From: a virus
Length of the DNA stretch: 64,000 nucleotides
Strand: one strand, 5' to 3'
IMG/VR virus record: IMGVR_UViG_3300042446_000499
Span: 1 to 64,000 of that record
A model generated the notes under the pieces. The model was not told the origin of the DNA, searched no databases, and saw nothing but the letters and a program-made list of their open reading frames with translations. Shown here one piece after another: positions 38,138-48,358 of the stretch. The position numbers and the translations under genes were made by a program. How positions within the stretch are numbered: the stretch's first letter is position 1; every line of letters starts with the position of its first letter.

Positions 38138-39681
38138 CCTTTACAGGAACTTTGTACCCTTTTCAACAAGAGGCAAGCGAACGGATGGTAGAACGAGGGC
38201 AAATGCTGCTTGCTATGGTCATGGGTGCTGGTAAGACACCAACAACCCTGTCAACCATTGAAGCACTTATTGAAGATAATGAAATTAGCAGAGTATGTGT
38301 TGTAGTTCCCTCCAGCCTTAAATACCAGTGGCTTCGTGAAATTGGTAAGTTCACTACATCTAAAGCAATTGTTATTGATGGGACTCCAAAGCAACGTGAA
38401 AAACTATGGCGTTTGTCTATTGGTTGCCAGTACGTCATTGTTAATCCAGAGAGTTTGACAAAAGACATAAGCCAGTGGGAAGCCATGCGATTTAACGCAA
38501 TGGTTATTGATGAAGCCACAATCATTAAATCATTTACTTCTAAACGTTCTAAGATGTTAAAGAAGTTAGGTGCTAAATGCCACTACCGTTTTGCCCTTAC
38601 AGGACAACCTATTGAGAATAAACCTGAAGAGTTGTTTTCAATTATGCAATTTGTAGATTCTTCAGTGCTTGGCAAATTTGATTCTTTTGACAGAACATTT
38701 ATTGTGCGTGACCACTTTGGAAAACCAACACGATATAGAAACCTTAGACAACTAAATGATTCAATGTCAGAAGCAATGGTTCGTAAAACAAGAGATGACA
38801 TTAAAGACCAACTCCCTGAAGTAATTACACAAGTTATCCCTGTACAGTTTGACAATACAATTGCAGGTGTATACGAACGTATTTCTACGGATTTGTTAGA
38901 GCAAATTCAAAAAGCAATTACAAGCAACGGCAGGTCTTTTGACTTGTGGGCGCACTACCACGGAGGTCAAGGAAATGAAGCGCAAGGTCAAATTATGTCT
39001 AGGCTTACTGTATTACGTATGCTCTGCGATAATCCTAGGCTGGTGGTGGAATCAGCCAAAGCGTTCAATGACCCTACCCAAAACACTGAAGGAAGCGCAT
39101 ACGCTGCCAAGATACTTGCGGAGGGTTGGCTCCCCGAAACTTACAAGACACCCAAACTAGATACCGTTGTTGAATACATTAAGGATGTTTTAAATGAAGA
39201 CCCAACTAACAAAGTGGTACTTTTCTCGTTCTTTAAGAAGAACCTACGGATTATCCAGGAAGCAACTAAGGGACTTACGCAAAGCGTACTCTTCATGGGT
39301 GGTATGGGTGCAGACCAGAGAGATGTTGCAAAGCAAAAGTTCGCAACCGAGGATGGCGTTCGGCTCTTTTTATCCTCTGATGCAGGAGGTTACGGGGTGG
39401 ACTTACCGCAGGCCAATTACCTTATCTCTTACGATTTACCTTGGTCTGCTGGAAAACTGGACCAAAGAGAAGCCCGAATTATCCGTCTGTCGTCAACACA
39501 TCCGCACGTTACGGTTGTATCTTTCGTCATGAAAGGCTCTATTGAGGAGCGCCAATACGAAATGCTTCAACAAAAACGAGAAATAAACAAGGCGTTCATT
39601 GACAAGGGGTATGACAGTCAGGGTAAATTTGAACTGAACTTGGGCACCCTGTCTGAGTTCCTAAGCCACTCAGAGGTATAA
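38134..39681 (+). CDS. SNF2-family helicase
   Basis: MGAGKT, DEAT, LTGQP, GVDL..A, QREARIIR. Confidence 0.88.
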   Translation: MTFTGTLYPFQQEASERMVERGQMLLAMVMGAGKTPTTLSTIEALIEDNEISRVCVVVPSSLKYQWLREIGKFTTSKAIVIDGTPKQREKLWRLSIGCQYVIVNPESLTKDISQWEAMRFNAMVIDEATIIKSFTSKRSKMLKKLGAKCHYRFALTGQPIENKPEELFSIMQFVDSSVLGKFDSFDRTFIVRDHFGKPTRYRNLRQLNDSMSEAMVRKTRDDIKDQLPEVITQVIPVQFDNTIAGVYERISTDLLEQIQKAITSNGRSFDLWAHYHGGQGNEAQGQIMSRLTVLRMLCDNPRLVVESAKAFNDPTQNTEGSAYAAKILAEGWLPETYKTPKLDTVVEYIKDVLNEDPTNKVVLFSFFKKNLRIIQEATKGLTQSVLFMGGMGADQRDVAKQKFATEDGVRLFLSSDAGGYGVDLPQANYLISYDLPWSAGKLDQREARIIRLSSTHPHVTVVSFVMKGSIEERQYEMLQQKREINKAFIDKGYDSQGKFELNLGTLSEFLSHSEV

Positions 39682-39683
39682 AT

Positions 39684-40070
39684 ATGACAACGCCAGATTA
39701 TTACGAAAGACTTGCACAAGAGTTTAAAAAGTCAAAAGAAGCAATTGATTCATTAACAAAACGCCAGAATGAAATGCGAACCGAACTTGTAAAAGTAATA
39801 CAAGAAAACGGATATGAAGATGACAAAGGGCATTTGTGGTATTCGGCTGGTTCCGCAGAGATAAAGTACGAGCGCCGTGTTAGTCGTTCTTTTAACATTG
39901 AAGCCGCCGAACAATGGGCAAAGGGTTTAGGCATTTGGGAAGACCTTAAAAAGGTTGTGGAAATGCTGGATGAAGACAAACTTCTTGGGTACGCATGGAA
40001 CCACAAAGATAAAGAAGAAGAGATTCAAGGTTTCTACACAGAAAAGGAATCATGGGCACTGAAGGTGTAG
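39684..40070 (+). CDS. Hypothetical coiled-coil protein
   Basis: GAGG RBS; tiles operon. Confidence 0.6.
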   Translation: MTTPDYYERLAQEFKKSKEAIDSLTKRQNEMRTELVKVIQENGYEDDKGHLWYSAGSAEIKYERRVSRSFNIEAAEQWAKGLGIWEDLKKVVEMLDEDKLLGYAWNHKDKEEEIQGFYTEKESWALKV

Positions 40071-40504
40071 ATGATTTCATGGGTCTCTTTGGGGACTTGC
40101 CTAACTTTCCAGGCAAACGTGCTCCCAAGAACCGCCCTGATAGTCCTGAAGTAGTTAATTCTGTACTTGAAAACCGTTACAACGGTATAAAAGGAAAAGA
40201 ATACATAATCAATGGTGAGAAATTAATGATGTACACCATTGGACAAGTTTGTGCCGCACTTGGCAAAAGTGCTGTTACACTCAGGTCGTGGGAAAGCCAA
40301 GGCTGGATACCTAAATCCAGTTTTAGAACACCACCACCAAATAATGTACAAATACCAGGAAAAGCATCCAAGGGGCGGCGTCTTTATACGCAACAGCAAC
40401 TTGACACGCTTATAGATGGTGTGTCATTATTTAACATAGCAGACCGACACCGAGGTGATTGGAAAGCGTTTAAGCAATACATTCAAGAAAATTGGAAGAG
40501 ATAA
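40052..40504 (+). CDS. MerR-type HTH protein
   Basis: YTIGQVCAALGKSAVTLRSWESQGWIP..RRLYT. Confidence 0.8.
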   Translation: MGTEGVDDFMGLFGDLPNFPGKRAPKNRPDSPEVVNSVLENRYNGIKGKEYIINGEKLMMYTIGQVCAALGKSAVTLRSWESQGWIPKSSFRTPPPNNVQIPGKASKGRRLYTQQQLDTLIDGVSLFNIADRHRGDWKAFKQYIQENWKR

Positions 40505-40506
40505 TT

Positions 40507-41157
40507 ATGGGAAAATATGATGAAGAAAACACGGGCTTTGAAACTCGTGAAGAAGCAAGCACAGAGAAGCCACAGGCACGTACGCTAGTCCGTGGTGGTT
40601 GGGGAAGCGTTGACGCAGTCAAGAACGCAGACTCACCATTCGCACAGCGTTTGAAGATTGCGGATGAACCGCAAATTATTAAGTTTCTTGATGACGAGCC
40701 ATACGCATCATGGCGTCAGCATTGGATTGAGCGTCAAGGACAAAAGTCTTTTGTTTGCATCGGTGAATTTGATGACAAGGGTTGCCCATTGTGTGACTCA
40801 GGTGACCGACCTTCAGTTCGTATTGCGTTTAACGTCGCTCTACTCATTGCTGGCGAAGAACCTGTAATCAAGTCCTATGAAGTTGGACCACGAGTTATTG
40901 ACCAGTTGAAGAACTTCCACACGGACCCACGCACAGGACCTTTGTCTAAGCACTACTGGGCAGTCAGCAAGACTGGCAAGGGCGCTACTACAGCCACTAG
41001 CCACCAGTTGGTTAAAGACCGTGACCTTGAAGAGTGGGGCATTGCAGAAATTGATGACGCAGGTCTCAAGGGACTTATCAGTAGGTCTTACACTGCCGAC
41101 ATCATTTCAATCCCGTCTCGCAAAGACCTGATTGACATTGCCAACGAACTAGAATAA
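40507..41157 (+). CDS. Single-stranded DNA-binding protein (gp32-like)
   Basis: IKFLD, QHW, CPLC, SKTGKG motifs; directly before polymerase. Confidence 0.65.
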   Translation: MGKYDEENTGFETREEASTEKPQARTLVRGGWGSVDAVKNADSPFAQRLKIADEPQIIKFLDDEPYASWRQHWIERQGQKSFVCIGEFDDKGCPLCDSGDRPSVRIAFNVALLIAGEEPVIKSYEVGPRVIDQLKNFHTDPRTGPLSKHYWAVSKTGKGATTATSHQLVKDRDLEEWGIAEIDDAGLKGLISRSYTADIISIPSRKDLIDIANELE

Positions 41158-43220
41158 TGGCAGAGGGAGAAACTCCCTTTGTTGTTACATCCTTAGAGCA
41201 AATTCATAAACTTGTTGCCGACGTGCAGGAAGTGGGCGCTTTTGCCTTTGACGTTGAGACACGGGGAATACTAGAACGCCACCCAGATATGGTGGATGCT
41301 ATGGAAAAAGCGTGGAAGAAACACGTTAGTTCCTTAAAGAACCCTAGTCCCGAGATTCAACGCCGTGCTCACGAAAACTTTGAAGCAAAGTACCGTGGCA
41401 TGTTGGCAGTTGACCCTTTGCGTAATGATGTATTTTGGATTGGTATTGCAACACGTGGAAAATCGTGGGCAATCCCGATGGGTCATCCATTGGGGGAAAT
41501 CATTGAGCCTGAAGAAATAGGTGATGGTTCAACGATTCCCCCAAGTGGGTACCGCAAGGTTCTTAAAAATGGTCAAGAGTCTATGGCAAAGTCCACGTAC
41601 CATATACCTGCTGTGTTCTCAGAAGCACCCTTGCAGTTATCTCGGTCAGATGTCTTTGAAGCCTTGAGACCCATATTTTTTAGTGACCTTGTAAAGATTG
41701 GGCATAACGTAAAGTTTGATGCTCGTAGCATCTGCAAGTACTACGGAGAAATACCACCAGGTTTGTACGCCGACACCATGTTGTTACAGCACCTAGTGAA
41801 CGAGAACCTCATGTCTTATTCATTAGAGAATCTTATTATGCACAACTATGGCAAACATAATGCGTACGAACGAGATGGCAAACTAGGTAAGTTTATTACC
41901 TCTGTTCCATTTAACAAAGCAGTTAACTACGTCCACCTTGATGTTCGCTGGACATGGTTGCTGTACACACGGTTGTGGAAAAAGGTCAAGCAAGATACTG
42001 CGCTAGTTAACTCTTTCTACCAAGACACAGAAGTATTACATATCTTGATGCATATGGAAAACGAGGGAATACCCGTTGACCACCACAATATGCAGTTACT
42101 AGGTAAAGAGTTAGACGGCAAGATGCGTGACACCTTGTTGGCTCTCCATGAGTTCACGCCAGCAGGTTTCAACCCTGACTCCACTAAGCAAAAGCAAGAG
42201 TTCTTATTTAATAAAAAACGTGAGGGTGGTTTAGGATTAAAGCCTTACAAGTTGACCAAAGGTGGTATGCCATCTGTAGATGAAGAAACTTTACGGCACC
42301 TTGAAGCAGAGCACCCAGCGCTTGAACTTCTAATCCAATGGTCAGAAACACAAAAACTAAAATCAACCTTTGTTGATGGCATGCTTCCTCGCTTGTACAA
42401 AAGCAGACTGCACCCTTCCTTTCACTTACACCGAACAGCAACAGGTCGTTTGTCGTCCAGTGACCCCAACCTTCAAAACATCCCACGAGATTCAAACATT
42501 CGTAGTTTGTTTGTAGCCCCCAAGGGTCACACTTTGATTGTGGCTGACTATGACCAAATTGAACTTAGGGTTATGGCGATGTATTCACAAGACAAGGAAC
42601 TATTGCATGTGTTCAATAACAATATTGACATTCACACGGGTGCGGCAGCCCTTCTCTTTAAGAAGAAGATAGAAGACGTAACAAGTGAAGAACGCCAGAT
42701 TGGTAAAGGGGTTAACTTTCTTACAGCCTATGGAGGCGGTCCAGGGAAGTTAGCACGTACTACGGGCATTCCATTTGAGCAGGCTCAAGAAATGATTCAA
42801 GAGTACTATCGCCAATTTGCTGGGCTAACTGCTTGGAAACAAGAAGTAGTGGCTGAGGGTAGGAAGATGGGCTATGTCACCACCTTGTCAGGTCGTAGGC
42901 GCAGACTCCCTGACCTTATGTCCAGCGATAAAGAAAGTCGTGCCCGTGCCGAACGTCAGGCTGTAAATGCCGTAGTACAAGGGTCAGCGGCTGACCTATG
43001 TAAGCAAGCAATGATTAATATTGCTCGTGACCTAGCAGGTACCAATGTAAAGATGCTAGTACAGGTTCATGACGAATTGGTAGCCGCAGTCCCTTGTGAA
43101 GAATTAGATTCAATTATTGACCCGTTCATTACCGCCATGGGAAATGGTAACGTAATTAAAGGAGTTCCTCTCATGGTTTCGTATCACAACGCATCCAATT
43201 GGTCGGAGGCAAAGGGATGA
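41157..43220 (+). CDS. polA: DNA polymerase family A with 3'-5' exonuclease
   Basis: FDVET, GHNVKFD, TGRLSS, DYDQIELR, KGVNFLTAYG, VHDE. Confidence 0.95.
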   Translation: MAEGETPFVVTSLEQIHKLVADVQEVGAFAFDVETRGILERHPDMVDAMEKAWKKHVSSLKNPSPEIQRRAHENFEAKYRGMLAVDPLRNDVFWIGIATRGKSWAIPMGHPLGEIIEPEEIGDGSTIPPSGYRKVLKNGQESMAKSTYHIPAVFSEAPLQLSRSDVFEALRPIFFSDLVKIGHNVKFDARSICKYYGEIPPGLYADTMLLQHLVNENLMSYSLENLIMHNYGKHNAYERDGKLGKFITSVPFNKAVNYVHLDVRWTWLLYTRLWKKVKQDTALVNSFYQDTEVLHILMHMENEGIPVDHHNMQLLGKELDGKMRDTLLALHEFTPAGFNPDSTKQKQEFLFNKKREGGLGLKPYKLTKGGMPSVDEETLRHLEAEHPALELLIQWSETQKLKSTFVDGMLPRLYKSRLHPSFHLHRTATGRLSSSDPNLQNIPRDSNIRSLFVAPKGHTLIVADYDQIELRVMAMYSQDKELLHVFNNNIDIHTGAAALLFKKKIEDVTSEERQIGKGVNFLTAYGGGPGKLARTTGIPFEQAQEMIQEYYRQFAGLTAWKQEVVAEGRKMGYVTTLSGRRRRLPDLMSSDKESRARAERQAVNAVVQGSAADLCKQAMINIARDLAGTNVKMLVQVHDELVAAVPCEELDSIIDPFITAMGNGNVIKGVPLMVSYHNASNWSEAKG

Positions 43221-43588
43221 TAATGATAGATATTGACCAAAGAATGTTTTATTTGATGCTTTCTGCTACGGAAGGTCAAAAGTTTGCCAGTGCCATGGGG
43301 TTTCCAACCCCTTCAGAAGATGTGCAAGAACTTGAAATTATGGATGTGTTGTCCAGATGGATGATGGTGCACAGTTCAGGACTGTTGGACGAAATACGAG
43401 AAGCAGCCGATTGGTTTGTAGCATTTCTTGAAGAAACTGATAAGATTAATTCCCCCTCTGAAGATTTTGTCAATGCACTTATTGTGTTCTCTATTGCGCT
43501 TAACAACAAAATGTTGGACAATGGTCATATTGGTCTTATCGTTTCAGACGACGATTTAGAAATACTAGAAGGATTAGAACATGAGTGA
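43217..43588 (+). CDS. Hypothetical acidic protein
   Basis: ATGA-coupled to polymerase. Confidence 0.6.
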   Translation: MIMIDIDQRMFYLMLSATEGQKFASAMGFPTPSEDVQELEIMDVLSRWMMVHSSGLLDEIREAADWFVAFLEETDKINSPSEDFVNALIVFSIALNNKMLDNGHIGLIVSDDDLEILEGLEHE

Positions 43589-43940
43589 TTGGTGGTCAAA
43601 GAAACTTGCTGGGGAAACACCTACCCCACAGCGTCCAAACTTGCCTCCCGTGCAGGCTCCTATGAATTTTCCGCAAGCATATCCAAGCGCACAACAATCG
43701 GGTGCAGTGGTATCTAATCCAAACGTCATGCCCGAAGACGCAACTCTCTCAGACTACTTACGCTCAAACTCCACAAAGGGTGGTAAAGCGGCTCGTACTG
43801 AAAATGCAACTTGTCCCGACTGCGGTAGTTCCTACTTGTTTACTCGGACAGGTTCTACTAGTCTCAACCCAGCCCCTCGTTGTTACGAGTGTGGTTGGAA
43901 CGGGATGTATTCCCAAGCAGACCAATCCAGTTGGTCATAG
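43581..43940 (+). CDS. Zn-ribbon protein
   Basis: CPDCGS...RCYECG. Confidence 0.65.
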   Translation: MSDWWSKKLAGETPTPQRPNLPPVQAPMNFPQAYPSAQQSGAVVSNPNVMPEDATLSDYLRSNSTKGGKAARTENATCPDCGSSYLFTRTGSTSLNPAPRCYECGWNGMYSQADQSSWS

Positions 43941-43949
43941 AAAGTAACA

Positions 43950-44981
43950 ATGCCATTAGAAACAACACATGAATCATTAAAATCCATTATCTCTTCTATT
44001 CAGAAGAAGTATGGGGATGACATTATCGTTAGAGGAAGTGACGTTAAAGAAGAGATGACTCGCATCACTTCAGGCGTTCTTGCGTATGACCTTATGCTTG
44101 GCGGAGGATGGCCCGTCAATCAATGGAGTGAAATCATTGGTGAAGAGTCATCAGGTAAGACGGCTATGGCATACAAGACTATTGCGGCTAACCAAGCACT
44201 TGACCCTGAGTTCACAGCCCTTTGGGTTGCGGCTGAAGAGTATGTACCTGAGTACGCAAAGGCTATTGGTGTAGACCTTGACCGTTTGTGGGTTGTAGAA
44301 ACCAACTTGATGGAGCAGGTGTATGACCTTGTACTTCGTGTGATGGATGCTCGTGCAGTAGACATGGTTGTTATTGACTCCCTTCCTGCCCTGGTGCCAG
44401 GAGATGAGGCTGAGAAGACCATGGAAGAGTTCACTATGGGACTTGGTGCTCGCTTGACAGGAAAGTTCTTCCGCAAGGCGTCTAAGGCTCAAAAGCGTTC
44501 AATGATTCACGAAGACCGTGGTTGTACAGGAATCATGATTAACCAGTGGCGTGACAAGATTGGTGTGATGTGGGGTGACCCTCGCACAACCCCAGGTGGC
44601 AAGGCTAAGAACTTCCACTACTTCTGCCGTGTTGAAGTAAAACGTGATGAATGGCTTAAAGTAAAAGACGAGACAGTTGGTCAATCTATTAAGGGACGTA
44701 CTCTTAAAAACAAAACAAGTGCTCCCAACAAATCAGCGATTGTAGATTTTTACTTTACACACGCTAATGGTTTTGAGTTTGGTGATTTTGACACTGTTAA
44801 AGACATGATTAACATTGCCGCTTCTGTGGACATCATTACTCGTGCAGGTGCTTACTATTCTTATAGTGACCAGCGTTGGCAGGGCAAGGACGCAATGCTG
44901 TTGGCTTTCCGTGAAGACTTAGATATGCAAGCAAAGTTGCGTCTTGAGGTCTTTACACACTTTGAAATCCCAGCACCATGA
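43950..44981 (+). CDS. recA: RecA-like recombinase
   Basis: EIIGEESSGKT, VIDSLPAL, INQWR.KIGVM.GDP.TTPGG. Confidence 0.92.
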   Translation: MPLETTHESLKSIISSIQKKYGDDIIVRGSDVKEEMTRITSGVLAYDLMLGGGWPVNQWSEIIGEESSGKTAMAYKTIAANQALDPEFTALWVAAEEYVPEYAKAIGVDLDRLWVVETNLMEQVYDLVLRVMDARAVDMVVIDSLPALVPGDEAEKTMEEFTMGLGARLTGKFFRKASKAQKRSMIHEDRGCTGIMINQWRDKIGVMWGDPRTTPGGKAKNFHYFCRVEVKRDEWLKVKDETVGQSIKGRTLKNKTSAPNKSAIVDFYFTHANGFEFGDFDTVKDMINIAASVDIITRAGAYYSYSDQRWQGKDAMLLAFREDLDMQAKLRLEVFTHFEIPAP

Positions 44982-45313
44982 CGCTAGGGGCTGATGACCG
45001 CAAGGACATCATGAAAAAGTCCCGTAAACAAGAAAAACGTTCAGCGGTTACTTACAATGGCAGTCGCAACGCAGGCTCTGGCTCTTTTTGGTTACGAAAG
45101 AATGATGTGCGGTCAGTTGAGTTTCTTATTGAAAACAAGTTGACCATAGGAACAAAAGGTATTACTCTCAAGGAAGTAGACCTTAGAGAATTGAGAGAAC
45201 GTGCGATTATTGAAGACCGTATACCTGTATTGCAGTTTGACCTCAATGGTCGTAATTACGTGGTTCTTGTTGAAGACGATTTTTTGGCGATAACAGATGA
45301 TGACAAAAGTTGA
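44978..45313 (+). CDS. PD-(D/E)XK nuclease/resolvase-like protein
   Basis: QEKR..GSG..KNDV..IENK. Confidence 0.7.
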   Translation: MTLGADDRKDIMKKSRKQEKRSAVTYNGSRNAGSGSFWLRKNDVRSVEFLIENKLTIGTKGITLKEVDLRELRERAIIEDRIPVLQFDLNGRNYVVLVEDDFLAITDDDKS

Positions 45314-45683
45314 TTTACATACAAAAATATTAGAATTATTGTTTACAAAAGAAGATGGACTTACTTGTCAAGAACTGCACGTGGAATTGCGTGACGCCTA
45401 TGACATCAAGAAGCATCATGGAACTTTATCTGGTGCACTTAATTCTCTTCATAACTCTTTAGATGTTTTTAATATCAAGGTTAAACGTAACAATCAAAAA
45501 CCGTATGTGCATGCTTGCTTTAGAACTAAGTACGATGAAAAGCATCGTATTGACTACCCAGCAAGAAGAAATAAATGGGAATCTATGGCTGATTTATTGT
45601 ATTTTGTAATGACTGAAGATAAGATTCCCCCCGACGCTTGGGAAAATGCTCTCAACAGTTATAGAAAAATGAAAAATGTCTGA
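45297..45683 (+). CDS. Winged-helix protein
   Basis: GLTCQEL..HHGTLSGALNSLH. Confidence 0.55.
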   Translation: MMTKVDLHTKILELLFTKEDGLTCQELHVELRDAYDIKKHHGTLSGALNSLHNSLDVFNIKVKRNNQKPYVHACFRTKYDEKHRIDYPARRNKWESMADLLYFVMTEDKIPPDAWENALNSYRKMKNV

Positions 45684-46458
45684 CAAAACGCCTTGGCACC
45701 TTAAAAATTACAAACAATCTTTGACTTCAAAGTATCGCCTGATACCTATTGCTGAAGAACAACTCATGCGTGAGCAACTAGAGAGCACTAGAGACACCCT
45801 TCATTTACATCCTTCAGAGATTTGTAAGCGTGATTGGTGCAACCGTTCATCTTGGTACACCATTAAAGGGTATGAGAAGGCTGACCGTGCTTTGTCATTC
45901 CAAACTTTAAACATATTTGCTGAAGGTCATGCCATTCATGCCAAATGGCAAAAGTGGTTGACAGACGCAGGTGTACTAGAAGCAGTTGAGGTACCCATCC
46001 TTGATGAGGAGTTCAGATTGATGGGACATGCTGATGGCATTATCAATGACGCCAAAGGTAAAGCCATCCTTGAGATTAAAAGTGTTGGCGCTGGGACCAT
46101 CCGCATGGAAGACTTTGAACTGTATCAAAGTGCTAACAGTCCTGATGATATGTGGAAGAAGGTTCGCAAACCGTTCAATACTCACCTTCGCCAAGTAAAC
46201 CTATACATGTATTGCTTAGGCATTCACGATGCTGTGTTTTTGTATGAATGGAAAGCCACACAAGAAGTAAAAGAGTTCTCAGTAAAGTTTCAACCAGAAC
46301 TCATTGAAGACATTCTTTCAGGTTGCAAAAATGTAATAAGAGGATTAGAGTCAGGTGTCCCACCTATGCGACCAACATGGGTAGAGGACTCAACAAGTAA
46401 AACATGCAAAAACTGCCCATACAAAAAAGTATGCTGGAAAGAAGACAACAATGAATAA
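45676..46458 (+). CDS. Cas4-like PD-(D/E)XK exonuclease
   Basis: HPSEIC..C, GHAIH, GHADG, LEIKS, QVNLY, CKNCPYKKVC. Confidence 0.85.
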   Translation: MSDKTPWHLKNYKQSLTSKYRLIPIAEEQLMREQLESTRDTLHLHPSEICKRDWCNRSSWYTIKGYEKADRALSFQTLNIFAEGHAIHAKWQKWLTDAGVLEAVEVPILDEEFRLMGHADGIINDAKGKAILEIKSVGAGTIRMEDFELYQSANSPDDMWKKVRKPFNTHLRQVNLYMYCLGIHDAVFLYEWKATQEVKEFSVKFQPELIEDILSGCKNVIRGLESGVPPMRPTWVEDSTSKTCKNCPYKKVCWKEDNNE

Positions 46459-46945
46459 GCCATCACTGGCACCACCTAAGCCAATCATGGGAGAATTTCT
46501 CAAGAAGTTCCCATTGGCTGACAAACCTCACGGAGATTTCCCTGAACTTCCTGGGTATCTTGACGAGTTACCTGACCCAGAACTGATGGAACTGTATACC
46601 AAGTTTATTTCTTGGGGTTCCTATGCTAAGTCTGAACTTGTTCAATCTGAGATTATAGAAGAACGTACTGCTACTAATCAAAAGTTTTATGAAGCAACGA
46701 CTCTTATCAATCAGTGGGGAGAAGGCGCTAAAGGAGACACCGTTACGCTTGCCAAGGCTCGCCGTGACGTGGACCCTGAAGTAATGAGTGCAACAGATGA
46801 GTACCTAGAAGCACGAGCCTTCCGTAAGTTGACGGAGTCTGTGTTTGAACGATGTGAGCGTGGCGCACAAGTTATCAGCCGTGAGTTAAGCCGACGCATC
46901 TCTATGGCACCTAGTGAACGTCGCCAAGGGCGGTACACAGCATGA
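46451..46945 (+). CDS. Hypothetical helical protein (possible recombination mediator)
   Basis: SRELSRR C-terminus; recombination operon context. Confidence 0.55.
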   Translation: MNKPSLAPPKPIMGEFLKKFPLADKPHGDFPELPGYLDELPDPELMELYTKFISWGSYAKSELVQSEIIEERTATNQKFYEATTLINQWGEGAKGDTVTLAKARRDVDPEVMSATDEYLEARAFRKLTESVFERCERGAQVISRELSRRISMAPSERRQGRYTA

Positions 46946-47208
46946 TTACCGAAGTAATGCCATACCGTGGACCTTCTTATCTTGCTCTCCGCTTTGCGGC
47001 TATGCGTAGAAAACGTTCTTTTACAATTCCTGAGTTGATGTTTGTTATGGGGTATAAGTATAAAAAACCATATGTTGCTGGACGCTCTTTGGAACGTTTA
47101 GTTAGTTACAACTTCTTAGAGCGCTACGGGGACACGTGGAAGATAACCCCAAATGGTTATGAGTATCTTAGAATGACTGCACAATCTTACTCAGGTGAGT
47201 TCAGATGA
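46942..47208 (+). CDS. Winged-helix protein
   Basis: SLERLVSYNFL..WKITPNG. Confidence 0.55.
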   Translation: MITEVMPYRGPSYLALRFAAMRRKRSFTIPELMFVMGYKYKKPYVAGRSLERLVSYNFLERYGDTWKITPNGYEYLRMTAQSYSGEFR

Positions 47209-47345
47209 CACACATGCCTGACCTCCCCGTAGGTGACCAAGTACTAGAACAACGTAGAGTCATTAAGTTTTGGATTGAACGTTGTAAAGAATTAGAAAAA
47301 GAAAACGAACAATTAAAAGAAAAGGTGAGGTCGTTCTATGGCTGA
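47205..47345 (+). CDS. Small coiled-coil protein (46 aa)
   Basis: Not in track; ATGA overlap; CKELEKENEQLKEK. Confidence 0.55.
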   Translation: MTHMPDLPVGDQVLEQRRVIKFWIERCKELEKENEQLKEKVRSFYG

Positions 47346-47424
47346 GTTTTTTACACTCGTAATAATGGTTACTGCGGTTTTTGTCTGCGGTGTATTTACT
47401 GGACAAATGTTTAAGGACGAGTAA
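47338..47424 (+). CDS. 28-aa single-TM peptide (MAEFFTLVIMVTAVFVCGVFTGQMFKDE)
   Basis: GAGG RBS; TAATG coupling to next ORF. Confidence 0.5.
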   Translation: MAEFFTLVIMVTAVFVCGVFTGQMFKDE

Positions 47425-47597
47425 TGGTAAAGAAAAAACAACAACAGGATGACTATTCGTGGCTTAATGAACCTGCTATTGAGTTTGTTGAGCATGATTT
47501 TGCCAAAGTCCAAGCAGAACGTGACGCTCTTAAAATAAAAGTACACGAGTTGTATACTGAGGTTGAGCGCCTATCAAGAGAGTTAGCCCGTGGGTAA
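47424..47597 (+). CDS. Small coiled-coil protein (57 aa)
   Basis: TAATG-coupled; AERDALK..EVERLSREL. Confidence 0.55.
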   Translation: MVKKKQQQDDYSWLNEPAIEFVEHDFAKVQAERDALKIKVHELYTEVERLSRELARG

Positions 47598-47673
47598 CTT
47601 TGTTGCAGGATTCCTTGTAGGGGCAATGTTGGTCATCATCCTTTGGCAAAGGGAGATGTACCGTGGCAAATAA
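47590..47673 (+). CDS. 27-aa single-TM peptide (MGNFVAGFLVGAMLVIILWQREMYRGK)
   Basis: GTG start overlapping previous ORF; hydrophobic. Confidence 0.4.
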   Translation: MGNFVAGFLVGAMLVIILWQREMYRGK

Positions 47674-48028
47674 AGCCAAAGCCAAAGGAACATCCTTTGA
47701 GGTACTTGTAAGAGACTATTTAATTGACAAAGGGTTTATACATGCCCACCGACCTGCACTATCAGGTGGTAATGACACAGGAGATGTTAACGGAATTGCC
47801 CGTAGGGATACTCTTCGCAAAGTGGCGGTGCAGTGTAAAAATCAGCGTCAGTTTCAACTTAGCCAATGGCTAAATGACACGGTAGAACAAGCCTCCCGAC
47901 TTGGTGGGGCTGTTCCTGCATTGGTTGTTAAACGCCCTGGTAAAGGGGAAAAAGCGTTAGGTGAATCTTATGTTGTGATGAGGTTGGAAGACCTCACTGA
48001 CCTGCTAACAGAGGCTGGGTATTGTTAA
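47663..48028 (+). CDS. Holliday junction resolvase (Hjc-like)
   Basis: KAKGTSFE..DYL..G, DTGDV, QCKN, VVKR. Confidence 0.8.
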   Translation: MANKAKAKGTSFEVLVRDYLIDKGFIHAHRPALSGGNDTGDVNGIARRDTLRKVAVQCKNQRQFQLSQWLNDTVEQASRLGGAVPALVVKRPGKGEKALGESYVVMRLEDLTDLLTEAGYC

Positions 48029-48061
48029 CTAAAGGTACAACCTTTTTTTCAGGAGTACCTT

Positions 48062-48352
48062 ATGTCGCAAGATTTGAACACCACCATTGATGATATTCTC
48101 AAAGTGTCTGGTTCTAGCAACCCACAATCCGTTGGCTCTATTATGGCTCGTGCCATTAATGCAGGGCAATTACCAAAAATGCGAGCAATTGGCGCTTCGG
48201 CTGTCAATCAAGCCGCAAAAGCCTGTGCCATTGCACGTGGCTTCGTAGCACCACGAGGAGTTGACCTCTCATTTGTCATCGGTTTTGATGACATCAAGGG
48301 AGAGGGTGGAGAGACTATCTCCGCAATTTCATTTAAACCCATCGTAAAGTAG
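48062..48352 (+). CDS. spoVS: SpoVS-family protein
   Basis: LKVS.SSNP.SV, RAIGASAVNQAAKACAIARGFVAP.G.DL is the SpoVS signature; AGGAG RBS. Confidence 0.9.
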   Translation: MSQDLNTTIDDILKVSGSSNPQSVGSIMARAINAGQLPKMRAIGASAVNQAAKACAIARGFVAPRGVDLSFVIGFDDIKGEGGETISAISFKPIVK

Positions 48353-48358
48353 GTACTA

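Noticed and set aside
41157-43220. Intein/intron or Z-DNA (DpoZ) polymerase
   Set aside because: Continuous ORF of normal size with standard motifs (Phe at the 762-equivalent position); no purZ and no intein termini seen
45676-46458. Cas4-like gene as sign of a CRISPR system
   Set aside because: No repeat-spacer array or other cas genes seen; solo Cas4-like nucleases are common in phage recombination operons
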